From Nitrospirota bacterium (GTDB taxonomy: Bacteria > Nitrospirota > UBA9217), in the NCBI GenBank assembly GCA_963740085.1, contig CAVUCU010000001.1:1312001-1376000 (forward strand): a DNA stretch of 64,000 bases, given 5' to 3'. Below are positions 34,234-42,851 of the stretch, in pieces. Made by a program: the position numbers and the translations under genes. The notes below the pieces were generated by a model. The model did no database searches and was not told the origin of the DNA. It saw only the letters and a list, made by a program, of their open reading frames with translations. Within the stretch, counting starts at the first letter, position 1; each line of letters begins with the position of its first letter.

Positions 34234-36156
34234 ATGAATGCCGAACAGGGAAAATCCAATAAAATGATCGACCAGTTCAAAAGCCCGCAGACAAGGCTCA
34301 TGATCGCTGTCGTCTTGCTCACCGTTGTCTTTTACCTTTGGCAGCTATACGCGACACCTTCCATCTCTCCCCAGTACCCCGTCACCTACACGCAGTTCCT
34401 GGAGCAGCTCGACGCCTCGAACATCAAATCCGTATCCATCCAAAAACTGCGGGTAAACGGCGAACTGATAAAAAAAACGGATATAAAAGTTGCCGGCTCT
34501 CCGAAACCCGTTTCCGTGCAGTTCTTCCAGACCTTTCTCCCGACCTTCCAGGGCGATGACCTTTTGACCCGTCTGAGCGCGAAGAACGTTGCCATCACCG
34601 TCGAAGCGCCGGACGAAGGCTCTCCGTTCTGGAACTTCATTTTGAGCGTACTGCCCTGGGTGCTGATCCTGGGATTCTGGTTTTTCATCATGCGGCGCGC
34701 GCAGCAGCAGGTCCAGGGCGGGGCCGGAGGGCTCTTCACCTTCGGTCAGAGCAAGGCCAAACTGTATGACGTCAAGCGGCCGAAAGTGACGTTCGCGGAC
34801 GTGGCCGGGCTCGACAATGTCAAGCAGGAGCTCAGGGAGTCGATCGAGTTTCTGAAAGACTCCTCGAAGTATTCGAAGATCGGCGCTAAGGTCCCCAAGG
34901 GGGTGCTCTTGATCGGCCCTCCGGGCACCGGGAAAACGCTCCTGGCCCGCGCAACCGCGGGCGAGGCAGGCGTGCCCTTCTACAGCATCAGCGCCTCGGA
35001 GTTCATCGAGATGTTCGTCGGCGTGGGCGCCTCCCGGGTCCGGGATATGTTCAAGAAGGCGCGTGCGTCCCACCCCAGCATCATCTTTATGGACGAGATC
35101 GACGCCGTGGGCCGCACGCGCGGCGCGGGGCTCGGTGGAGGCCACGACGAACGCGAACAGACGCTGAACCAGCTTCTGAGCGAGATGGACGGCTTCGACC
35201 CCAACGAAGAGGTCATCGTCATGGCCGCGACGAACAGACCCGATGTCCTGGACCCGGCGCTCCTCCGGCCGGGCAGGTTCGACAAGCATATCGTGGTGGA
35301 CCGGCCGGGGTGGAAGGAGCGCAAGGCCATTCTCACGATCCACGTGAAGAACAAGGCGCTTGCCGGGGACGTGGATCTTGAGACCATCGCGCGGGGAACG
35401 CCGGGCATGACCGGCGCGGACCTGGAGAACCTCGCAAACCAGGCGGCGCTGGTGGCCCTGCGAAAGAACGAGAACATCATTCGTATGCACGATTTCGAAG
35501 AGGCGCGGGACACTATCCTCATGGGCACGGTGCGGGAAGAAACGATCACGGACACGGAAAAGAACATCACGGCATATCATGAAGCGGGGCATGCGCTTGT
35601 GGCCCGGGAACTCCCGGGAACGGACCCGATCTATAAAGTGAGCATCATTCCGCGCGGCATGGCCATGGGCGTCACCCAGCTCCTGCCGGAGGAAGACCGG
35701 CACTATTATCCCCGCACGTATCTGGTGAACAAGTTGTGCGTGGCCCTGGGCGGGAGAGGCGCCGAGAAGCTCGTGTTCAACGACGTGAGCAGCGGCGCGC
35801 AGAGCGATTTGAAGGAAGCCACCTCCCTCGCTGAAAAGATGGTTGCCCAGTGGGGTATGAGCGATAAGGTGGGGCCGATGAACCTGGGGAGAGGAGAAGA
35901 GCACCCGTTTCTCGGCATGGAACTCGCCCAGCCCAAGCGCTATAGCGATGAAATGGCATGGATCATGGACCAGGAGATCCAGCGAATGCTTCACGAAGCG
36001 GAAAGCAGGGCCATGGAGATCCTCAAGAAGAACCGGCACATTCTCGACCCCCTGGCTGCGGCGCTTCTCAAGGAAGAGGTCCTCGACAAGACGCAGATCG
36101 ACCGCATCATCGCGGAAGCCAGGGGCGGGACGGTTCAGGCACCCCCCGGGATCTGA
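34234..36156 (+). CDS. ftsH: ATP-dependent zinc metalloprotease FtsH
   Basis: Two TM helices, [26 protein letters not shown]. Confidence 0.97.
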   Translation: MNAEQGKSNKMIDQFKSPQTRLMIAVVLLTVVFYLWQLYATPSISPQYPVTYTQFLEQLDASNIKSVSIQKLRVNGELIKKTDIKVAGSPKPVSVQFFQTFLPTFQGDDLLTRLSAKNVAITVEAPDEGSPFWNFILSVLPWVLILGFWFFIMRRAQQQVQGGAGGLFTFGQSKAKLYDVKRPKVTFADVAGLDNVKQELRESIEFLKDSSKYSKIGAKVPKGVLLIGPPGTGKTLLARATAGEAGVPFYSISASEFIEMFVGVGASRVRDMFKKARASHPSIIFMDEIDAVGRTRGAGLGGGHDEREQTLNQLLSEMDGFDPNEEVIVMAATNRPDVLDPALLRPGRFDKHIVVDRPGWKERKAILTIHVKNKALAGDVDLETIARGTPGMTGADLENLANQAALVALRKNENIIRMHDFEEARDTILMGTVREETITDTEKNITAYHEAGHALVARELPGTDPIYKVSIIPRGMAMGVTQLLPEEDRHYYPRTYLVNKLCVALGGRGAEKLVFNDVSSGAQSDLKEATSLAEKMVAQWGMSDKVGPMNLGRGEEHPFLGMELAQPKRYSDEMAWIMDQEIQRMLHEAESRAMEILKKNRHILDPLAAALLKEEVLDKTQIDRIIAEARGGTVQAPPGI

Positions 36157-36428
36157 CCGTGCGACATGCCGCACGGACCGCATGAAGCTTCACGCATCCG
36201 CTGTTGATCGATTTTTGTGGACAGGGTCAGAAAAAGAGAACGGTGAAGTATCAAATCCTGCGGCTTTTTGGTGCATTTCGCTCACCAAGGGCGTCGAGGA
36301 TCGGCCTGGCGTGCAAACGGTTGGATAGAGAGACAGGGCATCTCCGTACCCTGGCAGGTTGATGCTGTTACTCGGGTATAAATCACTTCGGACACCGGGA
36401 AAGGATATTGAACCCATGGGAGGCAAAT

Positions 36429-36662
36429 ATGATGCACTGGGGAGATTATGGATGTGGCGCGGGTTATGGATGGATTTGGATGGTGCTTTTCTGGGGACTG
36501 GTCATTGCCGGCCTCGTGTATCTCGTGCAGACAATAACCGGCCGCGCCGGAAAATCCAGTGCGGGAGAGACATCGCTTGATATTCTGAAAAAAAGATACG
36601 CGAGGGGAGAGATCTCCCATGAGGAATTTGACCGGATGAAGGACGAACTCATGAAATCCTGA
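36429..36662 (+). CDS. Small membrane protein with C-terminal SHOCT domain
   Basis: GYGWIWM + TM helix + LDILKKRYARGEISHEEF; GGGAGG RBS. Confidence 0.85.
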   Translation: MMHWGDYGCGAGYGWIWMVLFWGLVIAGLVYLVQTITGRAGKSSAGETSLDILKKRYARGEISHEEFDRMKDELMKS

Positions 36663-36672
36663 GGGGAAAGTT

Positions 36673-36975
36673 ATGAAGCTTATCATTGCCATCGTAAGAA
36701 CCACCAGTCTCGAACGCATCGTGCGGGCGCTCGAAGAGGTCGGCATTAAGAGCATGACGATCTCAGCGGTTAAGGGGTTGGGTGAGGAGGTCCGCCTGCA
36801 TAATCCCTATACGATACACGACAAGATCGAGATCATCCTGCCCGATGACAAGGTTGAAAAAGCGGTTGCTCTTCTTCTGGCAAACAGCCGTATCGGCATG
36901 CCCGGCGACGGTGTTATCGCTGTCCAGTCCCTTGACTATGTCGTGAAGACCCGGACAGAGGAACGGAAGGCGTGA
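36673..36975 (+). CDS. PII-family signal protein with a short T-loop
   Basis: MKLIIAIVR, MTISAVKGLG, KIEII, G.PGDG.I.V; only 100 aa. Confidence 0.85.
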   Translation: MKLIIAIVRTTSLERIVRALEEVGIKSMTISAVKGLGEEVRLHNPYTIHDKIEIILPDDKVEKAVALLLANSRIGMPGDGVIAVQSLDYVVKTRTEERKA

Positions 36976-37011
36976 GGCTTGAGTGAAAGGGCAATAAGGA
37001 GGTGACGTACA

Positions 37012-37230
37012 ATGAAGGTCGCTCTGTTTAGCGTAAGCAATAATCTCTGCGCTGAGTGCTCGCTCGCATTGCGGCGGTTCGTCGGCGGCATGGACGGCGT
37101 GGAGTCCATTGACGTGGAGCACGGGAAGATCGCCGTCAAGTTCGATGAAGCCGCGATCGAAGAGGAAAAACTGACGAAGATCACTCGGGACAGCATAGAA
37201 AAATTGGGGTATCGACTTGAAGAAGAGTGA
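37012..37230 (+). CDS. HMA-domain (CopZ-like) metal chaperone
   Basis: CAEC near the N-terminus, GVESIDV, IEKLGY; AAGGAGG RBS. Confidence 0.8.
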   Translation: MKVALFSVSNNLCAECSLALRRFVGGMDGVESIDVEHGKIAVKFDEAAIEEEKLTKITRDSIEKLGYRLEEE

Positions 37231-37260
37231 GCATGCTTTTTAAAAATGGGTTGACGGGCT

Positions 37261-38343
37261 ATGAAGAAGGATCCTGTCTGCAACATGGAGGTGGGCGAAG
37301 ACACCGGCATTACCACCGAGCGCAACGGCAAAACCGTCTTCTTCTGCTCGGAGGGATGCCGCGAGAAGTTCCTGAAGGAGCGCGAGTGCAAGGTGCCGCG
37401 TTCCTCTTATGACCTCATCATCGTCGGAGGCGGCCCCGCCGGACTTACTGCCGCGGTCTACGCAGCGACCATGAAGATGGATGCGTTCCTTATCGCCAAG
37501 GACCTGGGCGGCCAGGCCGTGGACAGCACCAAGATCGAGAACTACATGGGCTACGACTTCATCACCGGACCGCAGCTGATCGAGAAGTTCCAGGAGCAGC
37601 TCGTGCGGTCCCACTATATAGACCATGTGATCAGCGAGGTCGAGAAGATCGAGCCCATGGGCGTCTGTTTTCGTGTAACGACGTCGGAGCTGAAGCAGTA
37701 CGAAGCGAAGGCCGTGATCGTCACCACGGGTATGGCGAGGCGCACGCTGGGTGTGGAGGGCGAGGAGCGGTTCCAGAGGAAAGGGGTGTTTTACGGGAAT
37801 ATCCAGGACCTTTCCTTCGTCCATGACAAGGACGTCGTGGTGGTGGGCGGCGGGAATTCGGCGCTCCAGACGGTCGAGAACCTGCATGAACTCGCGAGGC
37901 GCATCCACCTCGTGTCCGCCACGGAGCTCACGGCGGACGCGGCGATCATCGAGCGCGTCCGACACCTTTCCGGCCTGAACGTTTACGAGGAGTACAAGGT
38001 CGTTGAGTTTGTCGGGCAAGCGGCACTCTCCGGCGTGACGATCAGGAAGATGGCGGGTGAGGAAACGCTCTCCCTGCCCGCCGAAGGCGTCTTCATCGCG
38101 ATCGGATTCAAGCCGAATTCCGGCCTCCTTGCGCACCTGGTGGACGTGAACGAGCGTGGCGAGATCATCATCCATCCCGATTGTTCGACCTCTTATCCGG
38201 GCATCTTTGCGGCCGGGGACATCACGAATGCCTTCGGCAAACGGATCATCATCGCCTCGGGCGAAGGAGCGAAGGCCGCACTTGCCGCGCGGCAGTACCT
38301 CCTTGACCTCCGGAAGAAGAAGGATGCGGCAGTCTGCACATGA
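37261..38343 (+). CDS. YHS domain fused to a thioredoxin-reductase-like flavoprotein lacking CxxC
   Basis: DPVCNM..FFCSEGC; GGGPAG, IENYMG, GGGNSA, FIAIG, FAAGD; GVFYGNIQD at the active-site position. Confidence 0.85.
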   Translation: MKKDPVCNMEVGEDTGITTERNGKTVFFCSEGCREKFLKERECKVPRSSYDLIIVGGGPAGLTAAVYAATMKMDAFLIAKDLGGQAVDSTKIENYMGYDFITGPQLIEKFQEQLVRSHYIDHVISEVEKIEPMGVCFRVTTSELKQYEAKAVIVTTGMARRTLGVEGEERFQRKGVFYGNIQDLSFVHDKDVVVVGGGNSALQTVENLHELARRIHLVSATELTADAAIIERVRHLSGLNVYEEYKVVEFVGQAALSGVTIRKMAGEETLSLPAEGVFIAIGFKPNSGLLAHLVDVNERGEIIIHPDCSTSYPGIFAAGDITNAFGKRIIIASGEGAKAALAARQYLLDLRKKKDAAVCT

Positions 38344-38915
38344 GCGTAGAGTTTCCGGCAGTGGGAGGCTGATGCGGGTCTCCGCTGACCTGTGCGGTCG
38401 GTTTCCTGGGACAAACAGTTCCTCTTGTACCGGAATTATACAGACTTAGACGTGAAAACCCCTGCTAAGAAGAAAGTACTACGCGTGTGATCTTCCTAGC
38501 GGATTGAAACCGAAGATCGGATAAAATGATGCATGTCTTCCTTCCCTTGTGAGAACATTCTGATATACTGGGATATATAAATAAAATTATTATAATCTGC
38601 TTTAGAGATTACGCAGGGAACTCAATCGAAAGATATTACCTTCTCTTTTGAACGCGGTGGTCGTAACGATCTCCTTTGCGTGTTGTCATGGACATCAGAC
38701 AGGGCAGACCGTGAAATAAAATTTCCCCATCGCGTGCACGGCGATAATCGGCGGGGGCCACGGTTATCCTGTTGAAAATCTAAATATTTTTTTCCCTCCA
38801 TTCAGAGGTGATTGAGACGGGCATGAACCGATCGCTCTCCGGCCAAGGCGTGACATGGTGGAAGCGTCGGGCAACCCTTGGCGGGGAAATCGGTCCCGCC
38901 CGCGAGGCAAAGATC

Positions 38916-39647
38916 ATGAATGAAAAGAGCCGTGTATTTGCGCTGTGCTGGGCAGTGGTGTTCGTTCTGTGCGGGACTGGCGTCCGTGCGGAACAGGGGC
39001 GTGGAGCATGCGTAACATGCCATACCTTTCTGGGCGGCGAACTTGGACGGCCCGTCGCGGAGTGGAGCGGTTCGATCCATCGGCAGAACGGAATTACCTG
39101 CGATCTCTGCCACGGCGGAAATGCAGGCGTTGAGGTGAGGAATGTACGGAATCTCACCGTGCAGGAGTTAGCGGACAAGAAATCGCGCGCGATGTCGAAA
39201 TCCCATGGCTTCATCGGTAAGCCTTCCGGCAAGGCGCTGTTTCACCTGTGCGCGCAGTGCCATGGCGACTCAACGGAGCGGTACGCCGGCAGCATCATGG
39301 GCAGGGCGTATCTTGACGGCAAAGGCGGACCCTCGTGCGTTACCTGTCATCAGGCACACAACAATATCATCCCTTCGGTTCCCAAGGTCTGTGAAAGCTG
39401 TCACAAGGACACGACCGGCTTCGACCGGATAGACCCTATGAACGTGACCGAATCGACTATCAACGAACTCTCAAGGATCCGGATCGGGCTTGCGGAGGAG
39501 AACGCCAGAGGAGTGAAGCCGCACCTGGTTTCCGAACTCCCGGAAGACCTGGATACCTTCCTGATAGGGCTTCTGGCATTCGGGGGGGTGTTCATCATGT
39601 TCCTCATCGGCTATATTGTGTACGTGACGCTGGAAAAAAGGAGATAA
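38916..39647 (+). CDS. Pentaheme cytochrome c with C-terminal membrane anchor
   Basis: Signal peptide; CVTCH, CDLCH, CAQCH, CVTCH, CESCH; hydrophobic C-terminus. Confidence 0.88.
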   Translation: MNEKSRVFALCWAVVFVLCGTGVRAEQGRGACVTCHTFLGGELGRPVAEWSGSIHRQNGITCDLCHGGNAGVEVRNVRNLTVQELADKKSRAMSKSHGFIGKPSGKALFHLCAQCHGDSTERYAGSIMGRAYLDGKGGPSCVTCHQAHNNIIPSVPKVCESCHKDTTGFDRIDPMNVTESTINELSRIRIGLAEENARGVKPHLVSELPEDLDTFLIGLLAFGGVFIMFLIGYIVYVTLEKRR

Positions 39648-39648
39648 C

Positions 39649-39912
39649 ATGGGCATCGAGGTCATTCAGGAAAAGAGGCCGACCTATTCTTCAGTCGCCA
39701 TGGGAGCGATCATCGTCCTCGGCGCCGCGATTCTCGGGATGGGAGCCGCCTTTGCCTATCTCTTGCTGTCGGGCAAGGGGAGCAATTATCTGCTGGGCAC
39801 GCTCCTGGCCTTCGAGTTTTTGTTCGCCGGCATCGAGGTCGTTCTCTATGCACGGTATTTCATCGCATTCAGAGAGGTTTCGGAAGACCGCGAGGAGGAG
39901 TTGTTATGGTAG
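39649..39912 (+). CDS. Small two-helix membrane protein in the Rieske/cytochrome b operon
   Basis: 87 aa, two hydrophobic segments, AAGGAG RBS, tightly coupled to both neighbours. Confidence 0.7.
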   Translation: MGIEVIQEKRPTYSSVAMGAIIVLGAAILGMGAAFAYLLLSGKGSNYLLGTLLAFEFLFAGIEVVLYARYFIAFREVSEDREEELLW

Positions 39913-40523
39913 ACGGGGTCGGCGGAGATACGGGTGAGAAAAAAGGGATTACCCGGAGACGGTTCACGCTCGCGGTGCTCATTGCGTCCGTTGCGGGCGC
40001 ATTCGGCTCTCTCTTTGCAATGCTCCGGGTGCTGGCCCCCGAAAAGAAGGGCGGAGGCTACGTAACGACGATTCAGCCGGGTGACAAACTCGTGTCTGCA
40101 AAAGGCGGCAACATGGGGTCTCTTTTGCGGGCCTCTTCATTCAACACCGGAGATGCCCTCCTTGCCTTTCCGGCCGGCAAATCATCGAACCCTGCAAATC
40201 TCGTCCAGGTGATCAAATTGCAGGAGGGTGACTTCAAGCCGCCCATACACCTTGATCTTACGGACCAGGGTTTTGTCGCTTACAGCGCCATCTGTACGCA
40301 CCTCGGATGCACGGTTTCCTGGGTTAAAAATGAAAAAGCGCCCGACGCGTCGTTCTCGGAATGTTTCTGTCATAACAGCATCTTCGATCCGGCGCAGGGG
40401 GCAAAAGTCATGGGCGGCCCAGCGCCTATCCCGCTCGCGCAGATCGGCGTCAAGGTGGCAGCCGACGGAACGCTCGTTTTCACCAGCGATTTTACCGGCC
40501 CGATAGGCCCGCAGGTAGGGTGA
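39906..40523 (+). CDS. Rieske [2Fe-2S] protein
   Basis: TRRRF Tat-like anchor; CTHLGC and CFCHNS boxes; GGPAP.PL. Confidence 0.93.
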   Translation: MVDGVGGDTGEKKGITRRRFTLAVLIASVAGAFGSLFAMLRVLAPEKKGGGYVTTIQPGDKLVSAKGGNMGSLLRASSFNTGDALLAFPAGKSSNPANLVQVIKLQEGDFKPPIHLDLTDQGFVAYSAICTHLGCTVSWVKNEKAPDASFSECFCHNSIFDPAQGAKVMGGPAPIPLAQIGVKVAADGTLVFTSDFTGPIGPQVG

Positions 40524-40529
40524 GGAGAG

Positions 40530-41795
40530 GTGAGTGACATGAGCATTTTTTCCTGGTTCGATGAAAGGCTGGATCTCAGGAAGTTCAAGGCGAAATTCCT
40601 GGTCAAGACGTTTCCAACCCATCCCACTTTTTTGCTCGGAGAACTGGCGCTGTTTTCCTTTGTCACGCTTGCGGCAACGGGCCTCTTTCTCGGCTTTCTC
40701 TACGAGCCCTCGACGAAAATGGTCTCGTTGTTCGGGGCCATGGTCCCGGCGGCTTATGCGAGCGTGGTAAAAATAGACATCCTGCCTTTCGGCATGATCA
40801 TGCGGCGTATTCATCACTGGTCGGCTATGCTCATGATCGCCGCCATTCTTGCGCACCTGATGAGGATTTACTTCACTTCGGCGTACCGGAAACCGCGGGA
40901 GATCAACTGGCTGATCGGGCTCGGGCTGCTGGGAACGGCGATGGTTGCCGCCTTTACCGGGTATTTATTGCCCTACAGTCAATTCTCGGTGACGGCCACC
41001 TCGATAGCCTATTACGTGTCGAAGTCGGTGCCGTGGGTCGGGGATTGGGCCGCAAGGCTCCTCTTTGCCGGCGAGTTCCCTTCGGACGGGACGGTCCCCC
41101 GCTTCTTCTTCATTCACGTTATGTTGATTCCGGCGGCGCTTATCGGACTCATCGGCCTTCACCTGCTCATCATCATAAAACAGAAGCATACGGAACCCCG
41201 GTCCAACAGGAACCGGAAAGAAGCACAGGGAGGCCGGAGGCTGATCGGAATTCCGGTCTGGCCGGAGCAGGGCGTGATCAGCCTGTCCTTTTACCTGTTC
41301 TTGCTTTTCGTGGTCGTTTTGATGGCGACCTACATCCCCCTGAACCCGATAGAAACGTACGGTCCACCGTCACCCGGAACTCCCGTTATGCGGCCTGACT
41401 GGTACTTTCTTCCTGTATACGGTTTTTTAAAATTGATACCCGGTGACCTGTCCTTCACTGTTCTGGGAGGAAATATTACACCCGAAACCATCGGCGGGGT
41501 CGTGTTCCCGGGATTGCTGTTCCTTGTTCTTGCATTGATCCCATTTCTCGACAGGGCAAGAGAGCCGCAGAATTATATCGAAAATCCGCTTCACCGGCCC
41601 TTTATGACGTCCCTCGGCGTCGGGGGCGGCGTTTTCCTCGGTATGACGGCCGCGGCAGGCTACATAGACGTGCTCCATATTACGCCAGGGAGAATGACGA
41701 TCTATGCGATCTTCGCGGCGTTGGCGGCGTGGAGCATCAGTTACGCGCTGCTGCGGCGATATAGCAGAAGGAGAATCGACCATGCCAAGACTTGA
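40530..41795 (+). CDS. Cytochrome b of a Rieske/cytochrome b complex (unsplit)
   Basis: RRIHHW..AHL, KPREINW.G, FTGYLLP, FFIHV..GLH, PDWYF; start 40530 (GTG) or 40539 (ATG). Confidence 0.93.
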   Translation: MSDMSIFSWFDERLDLRKFKAKFLVKTFPTHPTFLLGELALFSFVTLAATGLFLGFLYEPSTKMVSLFGAMVPAAYASVVKIDILPFGMIMRRIHHWSAMLMIAAILAHLMRIYFTSAYRKPREINWLIGLGLLGTAMVAAFTGYLLPYSQFSVTATSIAYYVSKSVPWVGDWAARLLFAGEFPSDGTVPRFFFIHVMLIPAALIGLIGLHLLIIIKQKHTEPRSNRNRKEAQGGRRLIGIPVWPEQGVISLSFYLFLLFVVVLMATYIPLNPIETYGPPSPGTPVMRPDWYFLPVYGFLKLIPGDLSFTVLGGNITPETIGGVVFPGLLFLVLALIPFLDRAREPQNYIENPLHRPFMTSLGVGGGVFLGMTAAAGYIDVLHITPGRMTIYAIFAALAAWSISYALLRRYSRRRIDHAKT

Positions 41796-42537
41796 TCATA
41801 TGCTTGTTTGCGCGCTTATATCGTTCAGCGTGCTCATTTTCTCCGCATCGGCGAATGCCGCCGATGCCGGCAAAACGGATAATACCTGCGTCGCTTGCCA
41901 TTCCGGGCTTCCGGGCAGCAGCTTTGTAGGCGTAAAATCCCACAGCTGGAGGGGATCAATTCATCAGAAACGCGGAGTGACGTGTGACAAATGCCACGGA
42001 GGAAATCCACGCGCCCCGGAGCAGAAAGCGGCCCATCAAGGTGTCCTCGGCTCCAGCGATTCCCAAAGCACGGTTTACTTCAAGAATATTCCGGCCACCT
42101 GCGGCAAATGTCACGGCGCCGAGTTTTATAAGTTCGGCCAGAGCCTGCACTACAAGATGCTGGAATCGACGGGAAAGGGCCCCGATTGTGTGACCTGCCA
42201 CGGTTCGATGGTCAACAGTATTTTAACACCGGACACAATCGCGGCTTTGTGCGAGCAGTGCCACAACGAGAGGATGGGCATCTTCCCGTACATCCCGCAG
42301 AAGGCGAAGGCGGTGCTTCTTTTACTGAGGGAGAGCACGGCCCTTCTCGACGCGGACGCGAAGCGTTATCGCCCTGCAGATGGAACTGCGAAGGCGCGCC
42401 ACCTGCGCGACGCCCGGACATCTCTACACTCCGCCCGAACGGATTGGCACAAGTTCGACCTTGATACGGTCACAGGACACTTGCAGAAAATGTATAATTC
42501 CCTGGAAAAGTTGTCCCCGGAAAAATCGCGCCAATAG
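41782..42537 (+). CDS. Exported pentaheme cytochrome c
   Basis: Signal peptide; CVACH, CDKCH, CGKCH, CVTCH, CEQCH. Confidence 0.88.
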   Translation: MPRLDHMLVCALISFSVLIFSASANAADAGKTDNTCVACHSGLPGSSFVGVKSHSWRGSIHQKRGVTCDKCHGGNPRAPEQKAAHQGVLGSSDSQSTVYFKNIPATCGKCHGAEFYKFGQSLHYKMLESTGKGPDCVTCHGSMVNSILTPDTIAALCEQCHNERMGIFPYIPQKAKAVLLLLRESTALLDADAKRYRPADGTAKARHLRDARTSLHSARTDWHKFDLDTVTGHLQKMYNSLEKLSPEKSRQ

Positions 42538-42851
42538 CGCGTGCAGGGCATGTAAAAAGAGATTTGGACCGTTCCCTTCAACCAAAGAGGCATGCTTCAC
42601 ATTCACTGTCTGGCTGACGCCGCCGGCATCGTGATGGCGGCAGTGAACTTCTCCTCTTGAGCTTTCGTCCCTTCATGAACAGGGTTTGGAATATAAGTAC
42701 CCTGAACGTGAAGCCTGCCGAAATTCCATGTTCGAGCCTGACAGTGCGTGGATGGCGTACTTCATGAAAGACGTAGTCGCCGTGGTACAGAAAGGCGCTC
42801 ATTTTTTCGTATGAGCGGTGCGTGATGCTTCTCCGGCATCGGGAGGAATTG

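Noticed and set aside
36157-36176. Hairpin ccgtgcg-acatgc-cgcacgg after ftsH
   Set aside because: No U tract follows, so it cannot be supported as an intrinsic terminator
36340-36385. Possible CsoR/CueR operator upstream of the SHOCT-PII operon
   Set aside because: taccc and gggtat half-sites are present, but spacing and symmetry do not fit a convincing palindrome
38440-38800. AT-rich intergenic region upstream of the cytochrome operon, examined for FNR/CRP/Rex boxes and ncRNA
   Set aside because: Promoter-like (tataat present) but I found no complete dyad or RNA family signature
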